The notes under the pieces: generated by a model
Database searches by the model: none
What the model was told of the DNA's origin: nothing
Seen by the model: the letters and a program-made list of their open reading frames with translations, nothing else
In this document: positions 53,166 to 64,000 of the stretch, piece by piece
How positions within the stretch are numbered: position 1 is the stretch's first letter
Layout of the letters: each line of letters begins with the position of its first letter
Program-made: the position numbers and the translations under genes
NCBI GenBank assembly: GCA_963542625.1
Contig: CAUTXO010000001.1
Coordinates: 3,068 to 67,067, forward strand
Length of the DNA stretch: 64,000 nt
Reading direction: 5' to 3'
From: an uncultured Helicobacteraceae bacterium
GTDB taxonomy: Bacteria; Campylobacterota; Campylobacteria; Campylobacterales; SZUA-545

Positions 53166-55745
53166 ATGCCAAACGCTTACGACCCGCAAAACTCCGGCTT
53201 GCTTTATAAATTCTGGGAAGAAAACGGCTTTTTTGAGCCGCAAGACGCCGCCGGCGACAAAACATTTTGCATAATGATGCCCCCACCAAACATCACGGGG
53301 CGGCTCCACATCGGGCACGCGCTGACTTTTACTTTGCAAGACATCATCACGCGATACAAAAGAATGAGCGGGTTTAAGACGCTTTGGCAGCCAGGCACGG
53401 ATCACGCAAGCATTGCGGTAGAAAACATCGTAGAAAAACAGCTAGCGCAAGAAGGGCTAACAAAACAGCAGCTAGGCAGGGAAGAATTTTTGCGCCGTGT
53501 TTGGCAGTGGAAAGAAAAAAGCGGCGCGGACATCGTTCATCAGTTGCGCCGGCTTGGCGTATCGCCGGCTTGGAGCCGCGAGCGTTTTACGATGGACGAT
53601 GGCTTAAGCAAGGCGGTTAGAAAAGCCTTCGTGCAACTTTACAACGAGGGCAATATTTTCAAAGGAAACTATCTTGTCAATTGGTGCGTAAGGTGCGGCG
53701 CGCTATCAGACATCGAAGTAGAATACGAAGAACACAAGGGCAATTTATACTATTTAAAATACTCACTTGATGGCGAAAACGGCTTTGTAACCGTTGCCAC
53801 GACGCGCCCAGAGACTTACTTTGGCGATACCGCCCTTATGGTAAATCCGCACGATGAAAAAAACAAGCACCTAATAGGCAAAACGGCTGTGCTCCCGCTC
53901 ATTGGCACAAAGATCCCAATCATTGCCGATGAATTTGTTGATGAAAGCTTTGGTAGCGGGGTTGTAAAGGTAACACCCGCGCACGATCCAAACGACTACG
54001 AAGTCGGCAAACGCCACGGCTTGGAATTTAAAACTATCTTTGATGAGCGCGGGATCTTAAACAATCTTTGCGGAGATTTTTCAGGGCTTAGCGTTAAAAA
54101 CGTAAGAAGCGCGGTTATAGAAGAGCTGCAAGAAAAGGGCTTTGTGGAAAAAATAGAGCCGCACGTTCATCAAGTGGGGCATTGCTACCGCTGCAACACA
54201 GTGATTGAGCCCTTTATTTCCAAGCAATGGTTTTTGAAAAAGGAAGTCGCGCAAAAGGCGATAGATCTTGTCAATGCCGGGCAAACAAAATTCCACCCGC
54301 AAGGCTGGAAAAACAATTACGACGCTTGGATGCGCGACCTACGCGACTGGTGCATTTCAAGGCAACTTTACTGGGGGCATAAGATCCCCGTTTTTTACTG
54401 CGACGCCTGCGGATACGAAACAGCAAGCGAGCAAGATCTAAGCGTCTGCCCTAAATGCGGCGGCAAAATGCGCGGCGATGAAGACGTGCTAGATACTTGG
54501 TTTAGCTCGGCGTCTTGGCCCTTTTCTACGCTTGGTTGGGGCAATGCGGGTAACCCCAAAACGCGCCCTGACGACCTTAAAAACTACTACCCAAATTCGC
54601 TACTAATCACGGGCTTTGATATTTTGTTTTTCTGGGTGGCTAGAATGCTGATGTTTGGCGTGCATTTTCTGGGGCAAGTGCCTTTTAAAGACGTTTATTT
54701 GCACGCGCTGGTTAAGGACGAAAAGGGGCAAAAAATGAGTAAATCCAAAGGAAACGTGATAGATCCTTTGGAGATTGTGGATACGCTCGGCGCGGATACT
54801 TTGCGCTTTACGCTTGCCGCGCTTGCCGTTCAGGGCAGGGATATTAAGCTTTCAAAAGAGCACCTAACGCAATACAGAAATTTTGCCAACAAGATCTTCA
54901 ACGCAAAAAATTACCTACTCCTAAACACGCAAAACGTGCAAGATCTTGACGCTCCCGCCGTGCAAACGGGGCTTGGAAAGTTTATGCTACATAAGTTTTC
55001 GTGTGCTTTGCGCGAGCTAAAAACAAACCTAGATAGCTACCGCTTTAACGACGCGGCGCTGGTGCTTTACAAGTTTTTCTGGAATGACTTTTGCGACTGG
55101 GGCATAGAATTTGCCAAGGCAAGCCCGCAAAGCGTGCCAGAGCTTGCCGCCATTTTTAAAGAAAGCCTAAAAATGCTGCACCCGTTTATGCCGTTTTTAA
55201 GCGAAGAACTCTACCAAGAGCTAGGCGGCACGGAGCTTACAAAGCAAACGTCCATAATGTCCGCGCCCTTCCCAAGCACGGATTTTAAAGATGAAAAAAC
55301 CGCAGCGGAATTTGAGCTAATAATTGAAGCCGTGCAATCGCTAAGGCGGGCAAAGGTGCCTATCGATATGGCAAACAAAACCGTCAAAAAGGCTTATCTG
55401 CTAACAAGCAAGCACATAAGCGAGCTAGGCTTAATCAAAAAACTAGGCAAGGTTGATGAGCTTGAAATCGTCCAAACCGAGCCAGATGGTTGCGTTAGCG
55501 ATGTGTCGCAAAACCTAAAAAGCCTTATCCCAACGGCGGCGCTAGATCTAAGCGAAGTTAAAGCTAGGCTAAACGCACAAATGGCTAAGGCGCAAAAAGA
55601 GCAAGAAAAGCTTGAGCGTATGCTTGGCAATGAAAATTTTGTTAAAAACGCCCCGCCAGCGGTTGTGGAAGCAAACAAAAAAAATCTAGCCGAAACCCTA
55701 GCGCAAATTAAAAAATTCAGCGACGAACTAAAGCGCCTTAGCTAG
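53166..55745 (+). CDS. valS: Valine--tRNA ligase
   Basis: PPPNITGRLHIGHAL (HIGH), KMSKSKGN (KMSKS), a CP1 editing domain and a C-terminal coiled coil. Confidence 0.95.
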   Translation: MPNAYDPQNSGLLYKFWEENGFFEPQDAAGDKTFCIMMPPPNITGRLHIGHALTFTLQDIITRYKRMSGFKTLWQPGTDHASIAVENIVEKQLAQEGLTKQQLGREEFLRRVWQWKEKSGADIVHQLRRLGVSPAWSRERFTMDDGLSKAVRKAFVQLYNEGNIFKGNYLVNWCVRCGALSDIEVEYEEHKGNLYYLKYSLDGENGFVTVATTRPETYFGDTALMVNPHDEKNKHLIGKTAVLPLIGTKIPIIADEFVDESFGSGVVKVTPAHDPNDYEVGKRHGLEFKTIFDERGILNNLCGDFSGLSVKNVRSAVIEELQEKGFVEKIEPHVHQVGHCYRCNTVIEPFISKQWFLKKEVAQKAIDLVNAGQTKFHPQGWKNNYDAWMRDLRDWCISRQLYWGHKIPVFYCDACGYETASEQDLSVCPKCGGKMRGDEDVLDTWFSSASWPFSTLGWGNAGNPKTRPDDLKNYYPNSLLITGFDILFFWVARMLMFGVHFLGQVPFKDVYLHALVKDEKGQKMSKSKGNVIDPLEIVDTLGADTLRFTLAALAVQGRDIKLSKEHLTQYRNFANKIFNAKNYLLLNTQNVQDLDAPAVQTGLGKFMLHKFSCALRELKTNLDSYRFNDAALVLYKFFWNDFCDWGIEFAKASPQSVPELAAIFKESLKMLHPFMPFLSEELYQELGGTELTKQTSIMSAPFPSTDFKDEKTAAEFELIIEAVQSLRRAKVPIDMANKTVKKAYLLTSKHISELGLIKKLGKVDELEIVQTEPDGCVSDVSQNLKSLIPTAALDLSEVKARLNAQMAKAQKEQEKLERMLGNENFVKNAPPAVVEANKKNLAETLAQIKKFSDELKRLS

Positions 55746-55901
55746 CCGCGCACGCCCCCGCACCCCGCGCAAGATCTAAGCTTACAACCTTACTCTTGCG
55801 CGTCTTGCGCTTACGCGCGAACGGTTTGCGATTTAGCACATTTAACATTTGCGTGCTAAAATTTCGCGGAAGTTTGAGTGAATAAGACTAAAGGATTAAA
55901 A

Positions 55902-57767
55902 ATGCCAAAGCATAAATTTCAGACGGAAGTCAATCAGTTACTAGAGTTAATGATCCATTCTCTTTACTCCAATAAAGAGATTTTTTTGCGCGAGCTCATC
56001 TCCAACGCCTCCGACGCGCTGGATAAGCTAAAATTTCTAACAATCAGCGACGACAAATACAAAAACGTTGAATTCGCGCCGAAAATCGAGATTAAATTCG
56101 ACGAAAAAAACCGCAAAACGCTCACCATTAGCGACACGGGCATTGGAATGAACGAGCAAGATCTAATAGAAAATCTAGGCACAATCGCAAAATCGGGCAC
56201 AAAAAATTTCATTGCAAGCCTAAGCGGCGACAAAAAAAAGGATTCTAGTCTCATCGGGCAGTTTGGCGTGGGATTTTATTCGGGCTTTATGGTGGCGGAT
56301 AGAATCGAAGTTACGAGCAAAAAAGCAGGCGAGGACGCGGCGTTTTCGTGGGTGAGCGACGCAAGCGGCGAGTATGAGATAAACCAAGCCCAGCGTGCTT
56401 CACACGGGACAACGATTGTCCTATATTTAAACGATGAAAACGGCAAAGAATTCGCCAACCGCTGGACGCTAGAGAGCACAATTAAAAAATACTCCAATCA
56501 CATTCCATTCCCGATCTTTTTAGAATTTGAGGAAAAAGAATACGACAAAGACGGCAAAGAAACGGGCAAAACGCTCAAAAACGAGCAAATAAACGCCGCG
56601 AGCGCGCTTTGGAAAAGACCTAAAGCAGAGCTTAAAGACGGCGATTACAATGAATTTTACAAGACAATCAGCCACGATTCAGACGAGCCAATGCTCCACA
56701 TTCACACAAAAGCCGAAGGCACGCTTGAATACACCACGCTTTTTTACATTCCAAAAAAAGCGCCCTTTGATATGTTCCGCGTGGATTACAAGCCAGGCGT
56801 GAAGCTTTACGTCAATAGAGTTTTCATCACCGACGACGAAAAAGAACTGCTGCCAACGTATTTGCGCTTTGTGCGCGGGGTCATAGACTCTTCAGATCTC
56901 CCACTAAACGTCAGCCGCGAGATCTTGCAGCACAACAAGATCCTAAGCAGCATAAGATCAGCAAGCGTCAAGAAGATCTTAGACGAAATTGCAAAAATGG
57001 CGGAAAACGCGGACGTCTACAAAGCCTTTTGGGGTGAGTATTCCCGCGTGATTAAAGAAGGGATCTACCAAGACTACACCAACAAAGACAAGCTCCTAGA
57101 GCTCGCTAGGTTCAAATCGCTAAACAAAGAAGGCTTAATCTCGCTCAAAGAATACAAGCAAGATCTAAAGGAAAAGCAAGACGCCATCTACTTCATCACG
57201 GGCGAAAACGAATGGACGCTAAGGAATTCGCCGCTGCTTGAGGGCTTCAAAAAGCAAGGAATTGACGTGCTAATTTGCGATGAAGACATAGATGAGATTG
57301 TGATCCCATCCATCGGCGAATACGACAAAACGCCGCTAAAAGCCGCAAACCGCGCCACGAATGAAGCGGCAGAGCTTAGCAAAGACGACGCCGAGAAAGC
57401 AAAGCCCGTCATAGAAAAGATCAAAGAAGCGCTGAAGGACAAGGTAAAAGACGTCAAGGCTAGCACGCGCTTGCAAGACTCGCCTTCTTGCGTTGTGGCG
57501 GACGAAAACGACCCGACGGCGCAAATGCAGCAAATGCTAAAGGCGATGGGGCAAACGGCAAATCTCGATGAGATCAAGCCGATTTTGGAGATAAACCCTC
57601 ACCACGCCATCGTTACAAAACTAGCGGCGCTAGAAGATAAGGATCTAATCGCCGCCGTGAGCGAAATGCTCCTAGCGCAGGCAATGCTCCTTGATGGGCG
57701 TCAGCTCAAAGATCCAGTGGTTTTTGCAAACACGCTCAATAAAATAATGGAAAAATCACTACAATAG
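55902..57767 (+). CDS. htpG: Molecular chaperone HtpG (Hsp90)
   Basis: FQTEVNQLLELMIHSLYSNKEIFLRELISNASDALDK and GQFGVGFYS. The ATG at 55902 is preceded by AAGGA, whereas the longest ORF starts at a GTG at 55878. Confidence 0.95.
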   Translation: MPKHKFQTEVNQLLELMIHSLYSNKEIFLRELISNASDALDKLKFLTISDDKYKNVEFAPKIEIKFDEKNRKTLTISDTGIGMNEQDLIENLGTIAKSGTKNFIASLSGDKKKDSSLIGQFGVGFYSGFMVADRIEVTSKKAGEDAAFSWVSDASGEYEINQAQRASHGTTIVLYLNDENGKEFANRWTLESTIKKYSNHIPFPIFLEFEEKEYDKDGKETGKTLKNEQINAASALWKRPKAELKDGDYNEFYKTISHDSDEPMLHIHTKAEGTLEYTTLFYIPKKAPFDMFRVDYKPGVKLYVNRVFITDDEKELLPTYLRFVRGVIDSSDLPLNVSREILQHNKILSSIRSASVKKILDEIAKMAENADVYKAFWGEYSRVIKEGIYQDYTNKDKLLELARFKSLNKEGLISLKEYKQDLKEKQDAIYFITGENEWTLRNSPLLEGFKKQGIDVLICDEDIDEIVIPSIGEYDKTPLKAANRATNEAAELSKDDAEKAKPVIEKIKEALKDKVKDVKASTRLQDSPSCVVADENDPTAQMQQMLKAMGQTANLDEIKPILEINPHHAIVTKLAALEDKDLIAAVSEMLLAQAMLLDGRQLKDPVVFANTLNKIMEKSLQ

Positions 57768-57785
57768 CCCGCAAAAAGGCTGTGC

Positions 57786-58238
57786 TTGGAATCTGTTTTT
57801 ATTCAGGTGGGTGAATTTCACATAGCGAGCGTGCCGACGCTCATTAGCACCGTGCTAGGATCTTGCGTGGCGGTTTGTTTGTTTGACCGCCGCACGAAAA
57901 TCGCCGCGATGAATCACTACCTTTTGCCCTTTGGAATAAATAGCGTTCCGCCGCTTAAATGCGGCGACGCTTCTTGCGAGGCGATGATTAGCCAAATGCT
58001 CGCGCGCGGGGCGACGGCAAATGCCATAGACGCTAAGATTTGCGGCGGGGCAAACATAAGCCGAAGCGGCATAGAAAGTATGAAAATAGGCGAGAAAAAC
58101 GTTCAAATGGCAATCGACGTCTTAGGCAAATATCAGATCAAGATCTCGCATATGGACACAGGCGGCAACATCGGCAGAAAGGTCGCTTTTAACACGCAAA
58201 CAAACACGGTCGATGTGAGCTACACAAACGCGCCGTAA
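57786..58238 (+). CDS. cheD: Chemoreceptor glutamine deamidase CheD
   Basis: LISTVLGSCVAVCLFD...AAMNHYLLP...KICGGANI...GEKNV pattern. TTG start. Confidence 0.8.
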   Translation: MESVFIQVGEFHIASVPTLISTVLGSCVAVCLFDRRTKIAAMNHYLLPFGINSVPPLKCGDASCEAMISQMLARGATANAIDAKICGGANISRSGIESMKIGEKNVQMAIDVLGKYQIKISHMDTGGNIGRKVAFNTQTNTVDVSYTNAP

Positions 58239-58277
58239 AGTATTTTTAAGATAAAGTGGATAAAATTCCGCTTTCTT

Positions 58278-58354
58278 GGCTAGATAGCTCAGCTGGCTAG
58301 AGCGGTGCTCTCATAAGGCACAGGTCGGGAGTTCGAGTCTCCCTCTAGCTACCA
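58278..58354 (+). tRNA. tRNA with anticodon CAT (elongator Met, or Ile2 if lysidine-modified)
   Basis: A 77-nt cloverleaf folded by hand: acceptor ggctaga/tctagct, D arm gctc-agctggctag-gagc, anticodon loop ctCATaa, T arm gggag-ttcgagt-ctccc, and an encoded CCA. Confidence 0.85.
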
Positions 58355-58553
58355 ATCTTGTTTTTTCGTTGTAGCAGTCGCGCCGCACACCGCGCACCGT
58401 GCTCCTTTAGAGCGCTTTTGAGTTTAGCCGTTTAGTTTAGCTTTTTTGGCTTGGCGCTAAACCTATGCACGCGCTAGTTTGTTGCCACCGCCAAGATCTT
58501 AGCAAACGCCGCACAAGAGCCACATTTGCAAAGTGATTTATTTTAAAAACCCC

Positions 58554-58581
58554 TTGACAAACACTGAAGTTTTGTATAAAA
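58554..58581 (+). promoter_or_regulatory. Putative sigma70-type promoter for tRNA-Asn
   Basis: TTGACA at 58554-58559 and tgtATAAAA/TATAAA at 58573-58581 (spacer 15-16 nt), about 18 nt upstream of the tRNA 5' end. Confidence 0.35.
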
Positions 58582-58598
58582 TCGCGTTTTCTTTGCAT

Positions 58599-58673
58599 TC
58601 CGGATTAGCTCAGTGGTAGAGTAGATGGCTGTTAACCATTTGGTCGCAGGTTCGAATCCTGCATCCGGAGCCA
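58599..58673 (+). tRNA. tRNA-Asn (anticodon GTT)
   Basis: A 75-nt cloverleaf: acceptor tccggat/atccgga, D arm agctcagtggtagagt, anticodon loop ctGTTaa, T arm gcagg-ttcgaat-cctgc, and an encoded CCA. Confidence 0.9.
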
Positions 58674-58724
58674 CTTAATCACCCTTACTTCTTGCGCTTT
58701 CAACTCCTGATAAGCCAGCACAAA

Positions 58725-58875
58725 TGTTAGGATCTTTCAAGGCTCCAGCCACACCCCCGCACCGGCTACAAACCGCCAAGATCTTAAGCACTTACGCGCC
58801 AAAGATCCATAGCAAACGGCCCTAAGATCCTACGCCCAAGATCCGTTCAGATCTTACGCCTAAGATCCACCCCGC
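58725..58875. repeat. GATC-word-rich block immediately 3' of tRNA-Asn, containing a dispersed repeat copy
   Basis: 58799-58868 (ccaaagatccatagcaaacggccctaagatcctacgcccaagatccgttcagatcttacgcctaagatcc) is related to 51811-51878. Confidence 0.8.
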
Positions 58876-58927
58876 CAAGCCAAGTGCGCCTAAAAGCTTA
58901 TCTCGTCAAGATACGCGCGCACTTCAT

Positions 58928-59137
58928 CTATGGCCCATCTGCTAGCCACTCTGGAGAGAGCACCTTAATGCAAGGCAGGTAGTAGTAAATAAGCGGCTTA
59001 ATCTCCATCGCGCTTGTAAAATTCACTTCAAGTTCCAAAGATCCGTCGCCATCTTGCCCGCTGATGCGCTTTGCGGCCTGCGCTGAAAATACTTCGTAAC
59101 AGATAGATCTAAAAGCGGCTGTAAAAATTATGCCCAT
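58928..59137 (-). pseudogene. Possible C-terminal fragment of a WYL/WCX-type transcriptional regulator
   Basis: The 69-aa ORF ending ...DGSLELEVNFTSAMEIKPLIYYYLPCIKVLSPEWLA resembles the C-terminal extension of WYL-domain regulators. No HTH or WYL part is present and only 144 nt remain before the divergent gene. Confidence 0.3.
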
Positions 59138-59281
59138 ATTTTTAGAGCTTCAAGAATGTTCCAGGGCTAAACCCGCACTTTTTTACGCAAATACACTCAA
59201 AAGGTATGTAATTTTGGCGCTCTTTTTTGTATTTATGTCGCGTAACATTTCTGCAACACACCAACACACCAAGGAGATCTT

Positions 59282-61314
59282 ATGATAAGACACAACCGCA
59301 AAAGCGCACAGGTAGATAATGAGATTTGCGAGCTAGCTAGCCTTTGGATACTTCGCGTTATATTCAAAAGCGGCAGACAAAAGGAATTCTTAAGATCCGC
59401 GGGCGCTGGCCTTCTTGAATTTTTAGGCATTAGCGCGGATAAGCCAAGCGAGGAGGATCTAAGCGCGCTTAGGCAGAGATTAGCCGCGCTTGAAAAAGCC
59501 CCCGCGCACTGCGCCCTAGCGGATCTAGAGCACAACCTAGATCTCTTGCAAGAAAACCTAGGGCTTAGCAGCGCCGAAAGGGATATTTTGCGCTTCGGGG
59601 CAATCCTACAAAACTACGAGCTAATCTCAGACGCTTGCCGCCTGCTAGGAGATCTAAGTAACCGCCAAGCCGTAAGAGCCATTTCTGAGATCTTAGATCT
59701 AGATCCCGCCAGCGTGCAAGATGCATTCAAAAACGACGGGATCTTTGCTAGATCGGAGCTTGTCAAGCTAAATGGCTATTCAGGGCATTTGTATTCAAAA
59801 ATAGAACTCTTAAACGAAAGCTTTATAAACGCGCTTTTTGTAAGGTGCGCTAGCATTGACGAGCTCTTTGCAAGCGCCATCAAACCTTGCGGCAGCACGG
59901 ATCTTACTCTCAAAAACTACGCTCACATAAAAGAAGATCTGCAAATTTTGCTCTCATTTTTAAAAAACGCCGTGCGCAAAAGACAAGCGGGCGTGAATGT
60001 GCTTTTATACGGGGCGGCGGGCACGGGTAAAACAGAGCTAAGTAAGGTGCTAGCCAAAGAATTGCGCCTAGCGCTTTATGAAGTCACCTACGAAAACGAA
60101 CACGGATATGCGGACGAAAAAGACAGGCTAAAATCCTACCGCCTTGCGCAAAGCCTTTTGCAAGCGGGGGCGAATTTGCTAATGTATGACGAAGCCGAGG
60201 ACGCCTTTAGCACGAAAAATGACGCGCAAAGGCAGCGCGGCAAGGCCTTTGTGAATAGGGCGCTAGAAACAAACAAAGTCCCTACCATTTGGATAACAAA
60301 CGATATTTACAGTATGGACGATGCCGTCGTTAGGCGTTTTAATCTAAGCCTAGAGCTTGGCGTGCCAAACGAGCGTATGCGCGCAAAAATCATCAAAAAT
60401 TACAGCGCGAACCTAATCGGCAATAAATTAATCAGCAAGCTGGCAAAAAACGAGTTCGTCGCGCCGGCGCTTGTGAAAAACGCAAGCTTTGTCGTATCTA
60501 GCCTAGCCCTGCAAAACAAAGCGGGGGCGTTTGAGCGCGTGATAAACAACACGCTAAAAGCGCAAGGCCACCGCGAGATAGAGCAAGATCTGCGCCAAGA
60601 GCAAGACGATGGCTTGCCTAGCAGCTACAACCCGCGCTTTGTTAATTCTAGCTGCAATTTAGGCGCGCTAGTAAGCGGCATCAAGCAAAGTAATAGCGCT
60701 AGGATCTGCCTTTATGGCGTGCCGGGCACGGGCAAAAGCGCCTATGCTAAATTCATCGCCAAAAGCCTAAAAAAGCGCATTATCGTCAAAAAAGGGAGCG
60801 ATCTTTTGTCTATGTGGCTTGGTGGGACGGAGAAAAATATCGCTCAAGCGTTTAAAGAAGCGAGTTCTAAAAAGGCGGTGCTCGTGTTTGATGAAGTGGA
60901 TAGCTTTTTGCAAGATAGGAGCGCGGCGGCAAGGAGCTGGGAAATTACGCAGGTCAATGAAATGCTAGTGCAAATGGAGAGCTTTAGCGGGATTTTCATC
61001 GCCACGACGAATTTGATAGACAACCAGACGCCGCGAGCCTAAGGCGCTTTGACCTAAAGCTTGAATTTGGATATTTGCTGCCTAGCCAAGCGGCGGATCT
61101 ATTCAAAAAAGAATGCAGCGGCTTGAAGCTAGACCACAGCGCAGATCTTAGGCAAAAGGTTGCCAATTTGCAGTTTTTAGCCCCTGGCGACTTTGCGAGC
61201 GTAAAAAGGCAAGCCAAATTTAGGCCAATCAAAACCGCGCTGGACTTTTACGAAAGATTGCAAGCCGAAGTGAGCCTAAAAGCGCTGAGCCAAAACAAAA
61301 GAATAGGATTTTAA
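59282..61314 (+). pseudogene. Double-AAA+ ATPase interrupted by a frameshift (apparent 1-nt deletion) near 61024
   Basis: Two Walker A sites (LLYGAAGTGKTEL and LYGVPGTGKSAYA) with Walker B sites (LLMYDEAED and VLVFDEVDS). Frame 1 ends ...ATTNLIDNQTPRA*. The next frame continues PDAASLRRFDLKLEFGYL..., which is the expected AAA sensor-2 region, through 61314. Confidence 0.65.
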
Positions 61315-61317
61315 AAA

Positions 61318-61326
61318 GGGGGGGGG
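61318..61326 (+). repeat. Intergenic poly-G(9) tract
   Basis: Run of 9 G, 3 nt after the ATPase stop, between convergent gene ends. Confidence 0.9.
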
Positions 61327-61367
61327 CGTTAGATCTTAAGGGCGCAGGGTGCAAGCGTGGTGCGGAT

Positions 61368-64000
<2,633 letters not shown>

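Noticed and set aside
52681-53289. 202-aa minus-strand ORF
   Set aside because: It overlaps the + strand YqeY-domain gene and the valS start, both of which have clear family signatures. The minus-strand product has no recognisable motif.
55878-55901. GTG-initiated 8-codon extension of htpG
   Set aside because: The ATG at 55902 has an AAGGA RBS at proper spacing, and the Hsp90 homology begins there.
58278-58354. Initiator tRNA-fMet identity for the CAT tRNA
   Set aside because: Positions 1 and 72 can pair (G-U), whereas an initiator has the C1-A72-type mismatch. The anticodon stem also lacks the three consecutive G-C pairs typical of initiators. Elongator Met or Ile2 is more likely.
58674-61330. 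Intact prophage or integrative element at tRNA-Asn
   Set aside because: No integrase, excisionase or phage structural genes are present, only gene fragments. I did not identify a repeat of the tRNA 3' end.

Overview
This is a chromosomal window from a Campylobacter-like member of the Campylobacterota. That placement is inferred from gene content: paired rod genes, cheW-cheA, Tlp-type MCPs, MeOPN-type genes and poly-G contingency tracts. The species cannot be determined from the sequence alone.

Layout:
- 1-26.5 kb is mostly housekeeping. It holds a partial family-4 UDG, two flagellar rod genes, moeA/moaA, a Sel1/Hcp-like protein, trxA-trxB, dapB, purF, a radical SAM gene, two MCPs, a TonB-dependent receptor, an IS110 transposase remnant, cheW-cheA, clpB and thiE.
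- 26.8-49.0 kb is one uninterrupted 21-gene minus-strand glycan-modification operon, almost entirely linked by stop/start overlaps.
  - Its 3' third reproduces the C. jejuni cj1415c-cj1420c O-methyl-phosphoramidate (MeOPN) donor pathway, plus a sulfotransferase-fold candidate transferase.
  - Its 5' two-thirds encode three AsnB-type amidoligases, wecB, a glucuronyl-C5-epimerase-like protein, methyltransferases, a radical SAM enzyme, WbqC, GNAT, LbH and FemAB-like acyltransferases, and glycosyltransferases.
  - Seven of the 21 genes carry in-frame G10-G11 homopolymers, which are likely phase-variation switches.
  - No glycan export, polymerase or ligase gene is visible.
- 49.8-64 kb holds slt, yggT, flgH, yqeY, valS, htpG, cheD, tRNA-Met(CAU), tRNA-Asn(GUU), a decayed islet (regulator fragment plus a frameshifted double-AAA+ ATPase), ligA and partial fliP.

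Structure not explained by genes:
- Intergenic regions at gene 3' ends are filled with dense arrays of RAGATCY words (GATC more than 10-fold enriched by hand count). These include a 94-bp-period tandem repeat and a dispersed repeat of about 45-70 nt.
- The same words occur in frame inside linkers of conserved proteins (CheA, LigA, the TonB-dependent receptor, an MCP tail).
- An imperfect palindrome of about 340 bp, with a four-segment central switch-like hairpin and G-quadruplex motifs, sits in the 837-bp leader of the glycan operon.

No rRNA gene, CRISPR array or intact mobile element was seen.
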